A program made the position numbers and the translations under genes. The notes beneath the pieces are model-generated. The model did no database searches, was not told the DNA's origin, and saw only the letters and a list, made by a program, of their open reading frames with translations. DNA of 64,000 nucleotides from Escherichia coli (lineage in GTDB: Bacteria; Pseudomonadota; Gammaproteobacteria; Enterobacterales; Enterobacteriaceae): the NCBI RefSeq assembly GCF_011045215.1, contig NZ_CP049201.1. The stretch is one strand, 5' to 3'. Every line of letters begins with the position of its first letter. Positions within the stretch are counted from its first letter, which is position 1. Positions 11,643-22,856 of this stretch are shown here, in pieces.

Positions 11643-12356
11643 TTATTTGTTTTGGAAATGTTTGTTTTTTCCCGGTAGTGATTTGTCAAAAAAGGTGATT
11701 AATCGATCACTTAATGGCGTCAGCAACACCCAGGGCAAACCGATCAATATCACGGTCATCGAACCGACAATGATGTCAGTAAACCAGTGTGCGCCAATCA
11801 TTACTCTGGGAAACGCAAAAACCACAAAAATAATAAGGGCGATAAGACCTGCAACTTTGCCGAAATAACGCCACATGAATGCCGAAAAAATAAGCAGCAT
11901 CATGCCGTGATCGCCGGGAAAGCTATCTCGTGAGGCATCTTTCGTGGGGACAGAGAGCAGTTCGCTGACGCGGTTAATATCGGCAAAAGTCAATGTTGGG
12001 CTGGCCCGTTTTACAGGAATTAATGCCTGACCCAGCTGGTTTAATACCACTGCAGTTAATAGCATGACCAGACCAATAATCACGATACGTCGTCTGCCTG
12101 GGGCGTTTTCTTTCAGCCAGAAACTCAGCATCAACATACCCATCGCCAGCAGTGAACAACCGTCGAAGGCGCGATTGTTGGTCAATGCAACCAGCCACAA
12201 AAAGGCCTTACTTTCGACCAGTTTCTGATTAAAGAAATAAAAAATATCCGCATCAATCGGCAACCAGAATCCATGATTAACGGGAATATACCAGGAAAGA
12301 AACAGCGCGAGGCCGACAATATTCAACAACACTATTTGCGGCAAATTTTTAATCAT
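11643..12356 (-). CDS. lpxT: Lipid A 1-diphosphate synthase LpxT (YeiU), PAP2 family
   Basis: ORF 11643..12392; start assigned to the internal ATG (MIKNLPQIVLLN...), giving 237 aa; polytopic membrane protein. Confidence 0.85.
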   Translation of the reverse strand: MIKNLPQIVLLNIVGLALFLSWYIPVNHGFWLPIDADIFYFFNQKLVESKAFLWLVALTNNRAFDGCSLLAMGMLMLSFWLKENAPGRRRIVIIGLVMLLTAVVLNQLGQALIPVKRASPTLTFADINRVSELLSVPTKDASRDSFPGDHGMMLLIFSAFMWRYFGKVAGLIALIIFVVFAFPRVMIGAHWFTDIIVGSMTVILIGLPWVLLTPLSDRLITFFDKSLPGKNKHFQNK

Positions 12357-12394
12357 ATTTTCTCTAATTATCTTACTGAAAAACGCAGGCAACC

Positions 12395-13381
12395 TTACGC
12401 GGTAGTCGCTAAACGAAGCTTCAACAGCGCGCTCTGCAAAGCATTCCAGTCAGCTTCGCTGCTGGAAATCAGCTCAATACGACTGTCCGGTGGCGCAACG
12501 TTTTGCGTTTCAATGTGCAGGTCATCGCCCTGACGGTTGATTCGCACCAGCCCTTCGGGAATACGCAGCACGCCTTTGACGCGCTCCACCGGTGCAAGTC
12601 GCGCCCATTCCAGAATGCCAATGGTGTCGAATACCGTATCAGCGTCGAATATCCAGCCGCAGGCCTGATGTCCTTGTCCACTGTTCAGACTGCGACGCCA
12701 GCGTTGATGCTCTGGCAGGCTTAACGCTGCTAACCCTTTTTTCACGACATGCTGATGAGAATGCGCGGCGCTGGCGGGCAACTCGGCTAAATTGCGACGC
12801 GGCAAATCCAGAAGATGACCGTCAACTTTCCCATGCTCACTGTGAATTAATTGCCGATCGCCACCATTTTGCTGCCACCAGCGCTGTAGCGCTTGCTCGC
12901 TTTCAGGTGTCGCACGGTCGGATTTATTGGCGACAATGATGTCTGCGGCAGCCAGCTGGTCACGGAAGTTTTCATTGCTGGCGCTTTTTTCGTCCAGCAG
13001 CAGGCGTGGATCGAGAATGCACAACGTGGCGCGTAGATCTATCCACGGTTCATAGACTGGTGCGGTTAAGAGATCGAGGATCTGTTTCGGATGGCCCAGC
13101 CCGGTCGGCTCTATCAACAAGCGGTCTGGTTTTCCCTGACGCAGTAAGGTATTCAACCCTACCTGCATGGGTAAACCATTAACGCAGCACATGCAGCCGC
13201 CGGGGATCTCTTTCAGCAGTGCGCCGCTATCGGCGAGCAAAGCACCATCAATTCCGACTTCCCCAAATTCATTAACCAGTACCGCCCATTTTTCGTTGGG
13301 ATCTTTATGGGCTAACAGATGAAGAATCGACGTGGTTTTCCCGCTGCCGAGAAAACCGGTGATGAGGTTGGTCCTGGTCAC
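12395..13381 (-). CDS. yeiR: Zinc-binding GTPase YeiR (CobW/COG0523 family)
   Basis: 328-aa ORF with P-loop GFLGSGKTT and CxCC metal motif (GGCMCCV). Confidence 0.88.
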   Translation of the reverse strand: MTRTNLITGFLGSGKTTSILHLLAHKDPNEKWAVLVNEFGEVGIDGALLADSGALLKEIPGGCMCCVNGLPMQVGLNTLLRQGKPDRLLIEPTGLGHPKQILDLLTAPVYEPWIDLRATLCILDPRLLLDEKSASNENFRDQLAAADIIVANKSDRATPESEQALQRWWQQNGGDRQLIHSEHGKVDGHLLDLPRRNLAELPASAAHSHQHVVKKGLAALSLPEHQRWRRSLNSGQGHQACGWIFDADTVFDTIGILEWARLAPVERVKGVLRIPEGLVRINRQGDDLHIETQNVAPPDSRIELISSSEADWNALQSALLKLRLATTA

Positions 13382-13498
13382 AACGGCTCCGCAATACTCT
13401 GGTAAGTTAACTGAGCGTTAATCCTGGCTAAAAACGGCAGAAAAGAGAAGAGGAGAGCGGACGAAGGCGAGCTTCATCCGCTTTAACCGCAGAAATCG

Positions 13499-14965
13499 TT
13501 AAATTTTGAGGGTATTTAATAGCGCCTGATGCGCGCCGAATTGTGCGATTTGTTGCCAGGCTTGTTCGATGGCCTGCACAAAATGCGGGTTATCTGGCAG
13601 ATCATCACCGAAAACTTCACGCAGGGAAAGCAGGGCGGTGACGCGTTGCTCACTGCTGCTGCCCGCAACAAGATCGCGAATTTTATCGCTAAGCGGATCG
13701 CGAACATCAATGGCATTTCCGGCATCATCAACGCCGCTGACGTAACGCATCCAGCCTGCAACGCCTAATGCCAGCAACGACCAGTCCGTTTCGCGCCCCA
13801 GATGTATGCGAATACCTGCCAGCATGCGTTGCGGTAATTTCTGGCTGCCATCCATCGCGATTTGCCAGGTCTTATGTTTCAGCGCCGGATTAGCAAAACG
13901 TGCAATTAACTTATCCGCATATTGTGTTAAATCGACATCTTTAATCCGCAGTGTCGGCGCTTGCTCATCCAGCATTAATGTTCTGGCGGCATGGCGAAAT
14001 GCGCGATCCTGCATGCAATCACTGATATGGGCGAATCCTGAGAGGTAACCCAGATAAGCGAGAAAAGAGTGGCTGCCATTAAGCATCCGCAGTTTCATCT
14101 CTTCCCATGGCAGGACATCATTCACCATTTGTACACCTGCGACTTCCCAGGCAGGACGCCCAGCGACGAAGTTATCTTCCACCACCCACTGGATAAACGG
14201 TTCGCAGCTAATCGCGCAGGGATCATTCACCCCCAGATGCTGGCTGATTTCCGCCAGTGATTCGTTGGTTGCTGCCGGAACAATGCGGTCGACCATAGTT
14301 CCCGGAAAACTGACGTGCTCTTTTATCCACCCGGCGAGTTCTGGCGAACGTTTTTCTGCCATTCCCAGCACCGCGTTTTTCACCACATGGCCATTGTCGG
14401 GAATATTGTCACAGGAGAGCACGGTAAACGGTGTAAGGCCGCGCTCACGGCGGCGTTTCAGTGCTTCGACGAGAATACCCGGTGCGGAGTGAGGTTCTTC
14501 AGGGGTTTGTAGATCGTGAATAATCCGCGGATTGCTGGTGTCGAGTGCACCGGTGGCCGGGTCAATACAATAGCCTTTTTCGGTAATCGTCAGGGAAACA
14601 ATTGCCACCTGTGGCTCGCAAAATTTCTCAATAATTGCCGCTAAGGAATCCAGTTTTGCATTCAGGCATTCGTGAACGGCACCGACAATTATCGCCTGAT
14701 TGCCGTCCGCCCCTTTCTCCAGCACGGTGTATAAATGGTTCTGTGCGCGGAGCTGGCTCATCAGTTGATCACCGCTGAACAAGCTGATTTCACAGATCCC
14801 CCAGTCGCCGCCCTGGGCATTCAGCACACGATCGGTCAGTAACGCCTGATGAGCGCGGTGAAAGGCTCCAAAGCCAAAATGAACGATACGTGATTGCAAC
14901 TGCTGGCGATCGTAGCGTGGAGCGTGTACATGATGCGGGAGCGTAACGGAGGCGATTGTATTCAT
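13499..14965 (-). CDS. yeiQ: Putative NAD-dependent polyol/mannonate-type dehydrogenase YeiQ (mannitol dehydrogenase family)
   Basis: ORF 13499..14974; Rossmann-like N-terminus (VHFGFGAFHRAHQA); about 488 aa from the internal ATG. Confidence 0.85.
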   Translation of the reverse strand: MNTIASVTLPHHVHAPRYDRQQLQSRIVHFGFGAFHRAHQALLTDRVLNAQGGDWGICEISLFSGDQLMSQLRAQNHLYTVLEKGADGNQAIIVGAVHECLNAKLDSLAAIIEKFCEPQVAIVSLTITEKGYCIDPATGALDTSNPRIIHDLQTPEEPHSAPGILVEALKRRRERGLTPFTVLSCDNIPDNGHVVKNAVLGMAEKRSPELAGWIKEHVSFPGTMVDRIVPAATNESLAEISQHLGVNDPCAISCEPFIQWVVEDNFVAGRPAWEVAGVQMVNDVLPWEEMKLRMLNGSHSFLAYLGYLSGFAHISDCMQDRAFRHAARTLMLDEQAPTLRIKDVDLTQYADKLIARFANPALKHKTWQIAMDGSQKLPQRMLAGIRIHLGRETDWSLLALGVAGWMRYVSGVDDAGNAIDVRDPLSDKIRDLVAGSSSEQRVTALLSLREVFGDDLPDNPHFVQAIEQAWQQIAQFGAHQALLNTLKI

Positions 14966-15187
14966 AGGAGTCACGTCTTAGTAACGATTAATTAACAACG
15001 ACAGTGTAAAGTTATATGACAGCAATTGAAATTGGTCTGGATTGTTAATGCGATGAAGTGTGAGGACGATCAATCAACGAGTGAATATTGCGGGCGTAAG
15101 GTGTTCAGGAAGCGCAAAATAGAAGATTGGTATAATAAATCAAAAAAGGGACAGCCTGAGCTATCCCTTTTCTGCCTGCGGCTGAAG

Positions 15188-15760
15188 TTAGTCAGCACGC
15201 CCCATATAACGGCGTTCTTCGATATGGATACGAATTTTTTCGCCCGGGCTTAAGTATTCTGGTACCTGAATCACCAGACCAGTGCTCAATGTCGCCGGTT
15301 TGTTACGGGCGCTGGCAGATGCCCCTTTGATGCCTGGTGCGGTTTCAACGATTTCCAGATCAACGGTCTGCGGCAGCTCAAGCGCCAGCAGTTGACCGTC
15401 CCAGGTCAGCACCTGCATGTCCGGCATGCCGCCTTCTGGCATAAACAGCAACTCTTCTTCAATCTGATCTTTGGTGAAGGTATACGGGGTATAGTCTTCT
15501 TTATCCATAAAGACATATTCGTTACCATCGACATAGGAGAAGTCAACGTAACGGCGGGTCAGCGTCACGGTGTCAACGATATCATCACCTTTGAAACGCT
15601 CTTCTACTTTCAGCCCGGTACGGACATCAGAAAAACGCATTTTGTACAGCGTAGCGGCACCGCGGGCAGTGGGCGACTGAATATCAATGTCCTTAACCAG
15701 TAGCAGTTTGCCGTTGTAATTCAGTACCATACCTTTTTTAATTTCGTTCGCTCTTGGCAT
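15188..15760 (-). CDS. yeiP: Elongation factor P-like protein YeiP (EfpL)
   Basis: ORF 15188..16015 carries an in-frame 5' extension; start assigned at ATG 15760-15758 ([20 protein letters not shown]...), giving 190 aa with EF-P fold signatures. Rho-independent terminator-like hairpin just downstream (~15150-15185). Confidence 0.9.
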
Positions 15761-15914
15761 CGAAAAATTCCTGTAGTCGAAAATGTCAAAAATATCGCGA
15801 CAAAGTACTCGCGACGGGCCTTTCGGGCAAGTGGTATTCGCACTTTTGCTGGTGCAAAAAAGGTGGTACTGTGCGCGCACATCAATCCGGTGGTTAACCT
15901 TAAGAGAATAACGT

Positions 15915-16169
15915 ATGGAATGCCGTCCGGGTTGCGGGGCGTGTTGCACTGCCCCTTCAATTTCCAGCCCTATTCCCGGTATGCCAGATGGCAAGCCCGC
16001 CAATACGCCCTGCATTCAGCTTGATGAACAGCAACGCTGTAAAATTTTCACCTCGCCACTGCGGCCGAAAGTCTGTGCAGGCTTACAAGCCAGCGCTGAA
16101 ATGTGCGGTAACTCGCGTCAGCAGGCAATGACCTGGCTTATCGATCTGGAAATGCTGACCGCGCCTTAA
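15915..16169 (+). CDS. yeiW: Cysteine-cluster protein YeiW (UPF0153 family)
   Basis: 84-aa ORF, Cys-rich (CRPGCGACC ... C ... C), in the conserved position between yeiP and setB. Confidence 0.8.
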
Positions 16170-17347
16170 ACATCTTTAATCCGCAGTAAGCAAAACAGAG
16201 TGGCGATAATCATCACCATCGCAAACCAGAACACAGCGTGATAATTCCAGATCTCGGCGACGATGCCCGCCACTGATCCTGCGATGATCCAGCCCACGCG
16301 CGACGTGTTGGTATAGAGCGTGGTGGCTGAACCTGCCTGACCGGGCATCAAATCCTGAAAATAGAGCATCCCGATGCCGCCCAGAATGCCAATAAAAATA
16401 GCATTTAGCAGCTGCAAGCCCAACAGAATGGCAGGTGAATGCGCCATCAGCATTCCTGCGTAAAAACAGACGCCACCCACGGCGGCAACGCGCATTAAGA
16501 AGCGCTTACCCAGACGTTTGGCAAAATATCCGGCAATCAACATGGTCGGGATTTCCAGCCCGGCGGCGGTCCCCATCATCACACCGGCCAGTTTCTCGGG
16601 AAGATGCAGTTCGTTGATAATAAATAGCGGCATGTTGATGATGTACAGGCTGTTCGAGCCCCACATCAATGTACAAATGACAAACAGCAGCAGCGTATCG
16701 CGACGGTTACGGCGCGGCGCTTCAACCGTGCCGGTCGCCAGCGGAAGCTCTTTTTGCATCGACGGTAAAAACAGCCACACCATCACGCCGCAAACAATAA
16801 ATGCTACCGCTGCGCTCAGATACATTACCGTAAAGCTGAAACCCATCGCTAAGGCATAAGCCAGCGGTGGGCCAATGACCCATGCCAGTGAAACCTGAGC
16901 GCGTAAAAAAGAGCTGAACATCACCGCCTCACGTCCGGTTTTGTCGGCATGTTCACGGGCAAGGGCAAACATTTGCGGGTTAGCGGTCGAGCCAAAGCTG
17001 CTAAGAAAGACGCCAACGAATAGCAAAACAAAGTAGTTGCGATTCCAGGCAAAAAGGGTGCAGGCCAGCACGCTTAACAGGCAGCAAAAGACAATCAGCG
17101 ATTTGCGATCGCCGCGCTTATCAGAGCGCCCGGCGAGAAACTGACTCACCAGAATCCCAATGACAGCGCTGCCGGTAAAGAAGAATCCCACCATCGCCGG
17201 ACGGGCATGTACTTCATCGGTAAGAAAAATACTGAGTGTCGGGGTTTGCAGAGCGCCCGCAATACCGGTGAGAAAGGCAACGATTAAAAACGCCGTCGAG
17301 GTCAGGTCAAACGATTTCGCGCTGGAGACTGCGGGGGAGTTATGCAT
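16166..17347 (-). CDS. setB: Sugar efflux transporter SetB (MFS)
   Basis: 393-aa hydrophobic ORF, MFS topology; divergent from fruB. Confidence 0.88.
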
Positions 17348-17614
17348 GCTGGTCGATCACTGGAAGAGGAAGACGCGGAGTTTACGCTGCTTGTCAGAAA
17401 ATAAACAGACAGCGAAATCAAAAGCGCCACGAATAATCAAAATGCCATTTCACTGTTGCTGATTGGCTGCTGACGCTGCTGAAATGAAATTGCTGATAAC
17501 GGATTTTCCCATCAGCAATTCGGAAAAATGACAAAAAATTGTGCAGCACATCAAACTTTTGCTCATAACTTTACGGCTTTCCTTGCGTGCTGAAACAGAA
17601 GTATTATGCTTTCT

Positions 17615-17626
17615 TGAAACGTTTCA
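17615..17626. promoter_or_regulatory. Cra (FruR) operator-like palindrome TGAAACGTTTCA in the setB-fruB divergent region
   Basis: Perfect 12-bp palindrome matching the Cra consensus core, ~90 bp upstream of the fruB start. Confidence 0.7.
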
Positions 17627-17680
17627 GCGCGATCTTGTCTTTAACCCTAAGCCAGGTTGGCGCTTTTTTTCTCATAGAAG

Positions 17681-17693
17681 CTGAATCGTTTCA
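17681..17693. promoter_or_regulatory. Second Cra (FruR) operator-like site, CTGAATCGTTTCA
   Basis: Near-palindromic TGAAtCGTTTCA motif ~25 bp upstream of the fruB start codon. Confidence 0.65.
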
Positions 17694-17714
17694 ATTCAGC
17701 AAGAGAGGAGAACT

Positions 17715-18845
17715 ATGTTCCAGTTATCCGTACAGGACATCCATCCGGGCGAAAAGGCCGGAGACAAAGAAGAGGCGATTCGCCAGGTCGCTGCGGCGCT
17801 GGTGCAGGCCGGTAATGTAGCAGAAGGCTACGTCAATGGCATGCTGGCGCGCGAACAGCAAACCTCAACGTTCCTCGGCAATGGTATTGCTATTCCACAC
17901 GGCACTACCGACACCCGCGATCAGGTGCTGAAAACCGGCGTTCAGGTATTTCAGTTCCCGGAAGGCGTCACTTGGGGTGACGGTCAGGTAGCGTACGTAG
18001 CGATCGGTATTGCTGCCAGCTCGGATGAGCATCTGGGCCTGCTACGCCAGCTGACCCACGTACTGAGCGATGATTCCGTTGCTGAACAACTGAAGTCAGC
18101 AACAACAGCAGAAGAACTTCGCGCATTGCTGATGGGCGAAAAGCAGAGTGAGCAGCTGAAGCTCGACAACGAAATGCTGACGCTGGATATCGTCGCCAGC
18201 GATCTGCTGACTCTTCAGGCGCTGAACGCTGCGCGTCTGAAAGAAGCGGGGGCAGTTGACGCCACTTTCGTCACCAAAGCCATCAATGAACAACCGCTGA
18301 ACCTCGGACAGGGCATCTGGCTGAGCGATAGCGCCGAAGGCAATTTGCGTAGCGCGATTGCTGTAAGCCGTGCGGCAAATGCTTTTGATGTGGACGGCGA
18401 AACGGCAGCCATGCTGGTGAGTGTGGCGATGAATGACGATCAGCCCATTGCGGTTCTTAAGCGTCTCGCTGATTTGCTGCTCGACAATAAAGCTGACCGC
18501 TTGCTGAAAGCGGATGCGGCAACGTTGTTGGCGCTGCTGACCAGCGATGATGCGCCGACCGACGACGTGTTAAGCGCGGAGTTTGTGGTGCGCAATGAAC
18601 ACGGCCTGCATGCTCGTCCAGGTACCATGCTGGTCAACACCATTAAACAATTTAACAGTGATATTACCGTGACAAACCTTGATGGCACCGGCAAACCGGC
18701 AAACGGACGTAGTCTGATGAAAGTTGTGGCACTTGGCGTTAAGAAAGGTCATCGCCTACGCTTTACCGCCCAGGGTGCAGATGCTGAACAGGCGCTGAAA
18801 GCAATCGGCGACGCTATCGCTGCTGGTCTTGGGGAGGGCGCATAA
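17715..18845 (+). CDS. fruB: Fructose-specific PTS multiphosphoryl transfer protein FruB (EIIA-M-FPr)
   Basis: 376-aa ORF; N-terminal EIIA(Fru/Mtl)-like domain, C-terminal HPr-like domain (GLHARPG motif). Confidence 0.93.
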
Positions 18846-19783
18846 TGAGCAGACGTGTTGCTACTATCACCCTTAATCCGGCTTATGACCTTGTTGGTTT
18901 CTGCCCGGAAATTGAACGCGGCGAAGTGAACCTGGTGAAAACCACCGGTCTGCATGCGGCGGGTAAAGGCATCAACGTGGCCAAAGTATTAAAAGACCTG
19001 GGAATTGATGTCACCGTTGGCGGCTTCCTCGGTAAAGACAATCAGGATGGTTTTCAGCAACTGTTCAGCGAGCTGGGCATTGCCAACCGTTTCCAGGTTG
19101 TACAGGGGCGCACCCGAATTAACGTTAAGCTGACGGAAAAAGACGGCGAAGTGACCGACTTCAACTTCTCGGGTTTTGAAGTCACTCCCGCCGACTGGGA
19201 ACGCTTTGTGACTGATTCTCTGAGCTGGCTCGGTCAGTTCGATATGGTCTGTGTCAGCGGAAGCTTACCGTCAGGCGTCAGCCCGGAAGCGTTCACCGAC
19301 TGGATGACTCGCCTGCGTAGTCAGTGCCCTTGCATTATCTTTGATAGTAGCCGTGAAGCGTTAGTAGCAGGTTTGAAAGCGGCACCGTGGCTGGTGAAAC
19401 CTAACCGCCGCGAGCTGGAAATCTGGGCAGGCCGTAAACTGCCTGAAATGAAAGATGTGATTGAAGCTGCGCATGCGCTGCGTGAACAAGGTATTGCGCA
19501 TGTCGTTATTTCACTGGGTGCCGAAGGCGCGCTTTGGGTTAATGCCTCCGGCGAATGGATCGCCAAACCACCGTCAGTCGATGTCGTAAGCACCGTTGGC
19601 GCAGGGGATTCTATGGTTGGTGGCCTGATTTATGGCTTGCTAATGCGTGAATCCAGTGAACACACACTGCGTCTGGCGACTGCTGTTGCAGCCCTGGCGG
19701 TAAGTCAAAGCAATGTGGGTATTACCGATCGTCCGCAGTTGGCCGCAATGATGGCGCGCGTCGACTTACAACCTTTTAACTGA
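18845..19783 (+). CDS. fruK: 1-phosphofructokinase FruK (PfkB family)
   Basis: 312-aa ORF; start overlaps the fruB stop by 1 nt (ATAATGA); PfkB motifs (GAGDSMVGG). Confidence 0.93.
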   Translation: MSRRVATITLNPAYDLVGFCPEIERGEVNLVKTTGLHAAGKGINVAKVLKDLGIDVTVGGFLGKDNQDGFQQLFSELGIANRFQVVQGRTRINVKLTEKDGEVTDFNFSGFEVTPADWERFVTDSLSWLGQFDMVCVSGSLPSGVSPEAFTDWMTRLRSQCPCIIFDSSREALVAGLKAAPWLVKPNRRELEIWAGRKLPEMKDVIEAAHALREQGIAHVVISLGAEGALWVNASGEWIAKPPSVDVVSTVGAGDSMVGGLIYGLLMRESSEHTLRLATAVAALAVSQSNVGITDRPQLAAMMARVDLQPFN

Positions 19784-19799
19784 CAGCAGGAGAGGCATA

Positions 19800-21491
19800 A
19801 TGAAAACGCTGCTGATTATTGACGCTAATCTCGGTCAGGCACGCGCCTATATGGCGAAGACCCTGCTGGGCGCGGCGGCGCGAAAAGCAAAACTGGAAAT
19901 CATCGACAATCCGAATGACGCAGAAATGGCGATTGTTCTCGGTGATTCCATCCCGAATGACCGCGCGCTGAACGGTAAAAATGTCTGGCTGGGCGATATT
20001 TCCCGGGCAGTTGCGCACCCTGAGCTGTTCCTGAGTGAAGCCAAAGGCCATGCGAAACCTTACACTGCGCCGGTCGCTGCGACAGCACCGGTTGCCGCCA
20101 GCGGTCCGAAACGCGTAGTTGCGGTGACTGCTTGCCCGACTGGCGTAGCACACACCTTTATGGCGGCTGAAGCCATTGAAACCGAAGCGAAAAAACGTGG
20201 CTGGTGGGTGAAAGTTGAAACCCGTGGTTCTGTTGGTGCGGGTAATGCAATCACTCCCGAAGAAGTAGCCGCAGCGGATCTGGTGATTGTGGCGGCAGAT
20301 ATCGAAGTGGATCTGGCGAAATTTGCTGGTAAACCGATGTATCGTACCTCTACCGGTCTGGCGCTGAAGAAAACCGCGCAGGAACTGGATAAAGCGGTTG
20401 CTGAAGCAACGCCGTATGAACCGGCGGGCAAAGCTCAAACGGCGACCTCTGAAGGTAAGAAAGAGAGTGCAGGCGCATACCGTCACTTGCTGACGGGCGT
20501 CTCTTACATGCTGCCGATGGTCGTTGCAGGTGGTCTGTGTATCGCGCTTTCTTTTGCTTTTGGTATCGAAGCGTTTAAAGAGCCGGGTACGTTGGCAGCG
20601 GCGCTGATGCAGATTGGTGGTGGTTCAGCCTTTGCGCTGATGGTGCCGGTACTGGCAGGTTACATTGCCTTCTCCATTGCCGATCGTCCGGGTCTCACGC
20701 CGGGTCTGATTGGCGGTATGCTGGCGGTCAGCACCGGTTCTGGCTTCATTGGTGGTATTATTGCGGGCTTCCTGGCTGGTTACATTGCGAAGTTAATCAG
20801 TACGCAACTGAAACTGCCACAGAGTATGGAGGCGCTGAAACCGATCCTGATCATTCCGCTAATTTCCAGTCTGGTGGTCGGTCTGGCGATGATCTACCTG
20901 ATCGGTAAACCGGTTGCTGGCATTCTCGAAGGGTTGACTCACTGGCTGCAGACCATGGGGACTGCGAATGCGGTTCTGCTGGGGGCGATCCTCGGTGGCA
21001 TGATGTGTACTGACATGGGCGGTCCGGTAAATAAAGCAGCGTACGCATTCGGTGTGGGTCTGCTGAGTACTCAAACCTATGGCCCGATGGCGGCGATTAT
21101 GGCGGCAGGTATGGTGCCACCGCTGGCAATGGGTCTGGCAACAATGGTGGCGCGTCGCAAATTTGACAAAGCGCAGCAGGAAGGTGGCAAAGCCGCTCTG
21201 GTTCTTGGTCTGTGCTTTATTTCGGAAGGTGCAATTCCGTTTGCTGCTCGTGATCCGATGCGTGTGCTGCCGTGCTGTATCGTGGGTGGGGCGCTGACTG
21301 GCGCAATCTCAATGGCGATTGGTGCGAAACTGATGGCACCGCACGGTGGTCTGTTTGTTCTGCTGATCCCTGGCGCTATTACGCCGGTACTGGGTTACCT
21401 GGTAGCAATTATTGCCGGTACGCTGGTGGCGGGTTTGGCCTATGCCTTCCTGAAACGTCCGGAAGTGGACGCAGTAGCGAAAGCCGCGTAA
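19800..21491 (+). CDS. fruA: Fructose-specific PTS EIIB'BC component FruA
   Basis: 563-aa ORF; N-terminal IIB-like domains (VTACPTGVAHT) and C-terminal polytopic IIC domain. Confidence 0.93.
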   Translation: MKTLLIIDANLGQARAYMAKTLLGAAARKAKLEIIDNPNDAEMAIVLGDSIPNDRALNGKNVWLGDISRAVAHPELFLSEAKGHAKPYTAPVAATAPVAASGPKRVVAVTACPTGVAHTFMAAEAIETEAKKRGWWVKVETRGSVGAGNAITPEEVAAADLVIVAADIEVDLAKFAGKPMYRTSTGLALKKTAQELDKAVAEATPYEPAGKAQTATSEGKKESAGAYRHLLTGVSYMLPMVVAGGLCIALSFAFGIEAFKEPGTLAAALMQIGGGSAFALMVPVLAGYIAFSIADRPGLTPGLIGGMLAVSTGSGFIGGIIAGFLAGYIAKLISTQLKLPQSMEALKPILIIPLISSLVVGLAMIYLIGKPVAGILEGLTHWLQTMGTANAVLLGAILGGMMCTDMGGPVNKAAYAFGVGLLSTQTYGPMAAIMAAGMVPPLAMGLATMVARRKFDKAQQEGGKAALVLGLCFISEGAIPFAARDPMRVLPCCIVGGALTGAISMAIGAKLMAPHGGLFVLLIPGAITPVLGYLVAIIAGTLVAGLAYAFLKRPEVDAVAKAA

Positions 21492-21647
21492 TAAAAGGTG
21501 TGTTACAGGGCAGAAATTTACTGCCCTGTATCATTGGATGAGCGCAAAGAGAATGACCGGTTTGTGAATGTAATTTTATGAATTTAAATGGTTTTATCTT
21601 TCAGTAGAAACCTGAAACGTTCATCAAACACTAAGGTTATTTCCTCA

Positions 21648-21675
21648 AGGGCAGATTCTTTTCTGCCCTTTTTTA
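21648..21675 (+). terminator. Rho-independent terminator downstream of fruA (stem aagggcaga/tctgccctt followed by a T5 run)
   Basis: Perfect 9-bp stem, 5-nt loop, then ttttt, ~155 bp after the fruA stop. A weaker hairpin at 21505-21529 (acagggcag...ctgccctgt) lacks a U-tract. Confidence 0.6.
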
Positions 21676-21914
21676 GTGTTCATGTTCTGTGCATCCCGTC
21701 ACAAATTCCTCGCTTTTGTAATTCAGGCATTTAATCGCATTTTGTGAGCCTGCTCAAATCTGCCCGCTTTGCCTCTCTGGCGGCAATTTACTTTACGTAA
21801 AACATGCATACTATGAGCACATGTTTAAATATGAACACATGTTTAAACCGTCTTTGCAGTATCTATATCCTTGTGGATTGACAGGGTTGGTAATTTTTTA
21901 CCAGAGGACGTGCT

Positions 21915-22856
21915 ATGCGCGAAAAGGATTATGTCGTAATTATAGGTTCGGCGAATATTGATGTCGCCGGATATTCACATGAATCATTAAATTATGCGGA
22001 TTCAAATCCAGGTAAAATAAAATTTACGCCTGGTGGAGTAGGGCGAAATATTGCACAAAATCTGGCGTTGCTGGGTAACAAAGCCTGGCTACTGAGCGCA
22101 GTAGGCAGTGATTTTTATGGCCAATCGCTGCTAACGCAAACCAATCAATCTGGCGTTTATGTCGATAAATGCCTGATTATGCCGGGAGAAAATACGTCGA
22201 GCTATTTATCATTACTCGATAATACCGGTGAAATGCTGGTTGCTATAAATGACATGAATATTAGCAACGCTATTACAGCTGAATATCTCGCACAGCACCG
22301 TGAATTTATTCAGAGGGCAAAGGTCATTGTCGCGGACTGTAATATCAGTGAAGAGGCACTGGCATGGATTCTGGATAATGCCGCCAACGTACCCGTATTT
22401 GTCGATCCGGTTTCAGCGTGGAAATGTGTCAAAGTGCGCGACCGTCTAAATCAGATCCACACTCTGAAGCCAAACCGCCTTGAAGCGGAAACCCTGAGTG
22501 GGATAGCGCTGTCAGGGCGTGAAGATGTGGCAAAGGTTGCCGCCTGGTTCCATCAACATGGCCTGAACCGACTGGTATTGAGCATGGGCGGCGACGGCGT
22601 TTATTACAGTGATATCAGCGGTGAAAGTGGTTGGTCTGCGCCGATCAAAACCAATGTTATTAATGTTACCGGAGCGGGCGATGCCATGATGGCGGGACTT
22701 GCTTCGTGTTGGGTAGACGGAATGCCGTTTGCCGAATCTGTTCGTTTCGCACAGGGATGTTCGTCAATGGCGCTCTCCTGTGAATACACCAATAACCCCG
22801 ATTTATCGATTGCCAACGTTATATCGTTAGTGGAGAACGCAGAATGTCTGAATTAA
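21915..22856 (+). CDS. psuK: Pseudouridine kinase PsuK (YeiC), PfkB family
   Basis: 313-aa ORF; PfkB motifs (GGVGRNIAQNLALLG, GAGDAMMAG). Confidence 0.88.
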   Translation: MREKDYVVIIGSANIDVAGYSHESLNYADSNPGKIKFTPGGVGRNIAQNLALLGNKAWLLSAVGSDFYGQSLLTQTNQSGVYVDKCLIMPGENTSSYLSLLDNTGEMLVAINDMNISNAITAEYLAQHREFIQRAKVIVADCNISEEALAWILDNAANVPVFVDPVSAWKCVKVRDRLNQIHTLKPNRLEAETLSGIALSGREDVAKVAAWFHQHGLNRLVLSMGGDGVYYSDISGESGWSAPIKTNVINVTGAGDAMMAGLASCWVDGMPFAESVRFAQGCSSMALSCEYTNNPDLSIANVISLVENAECLN

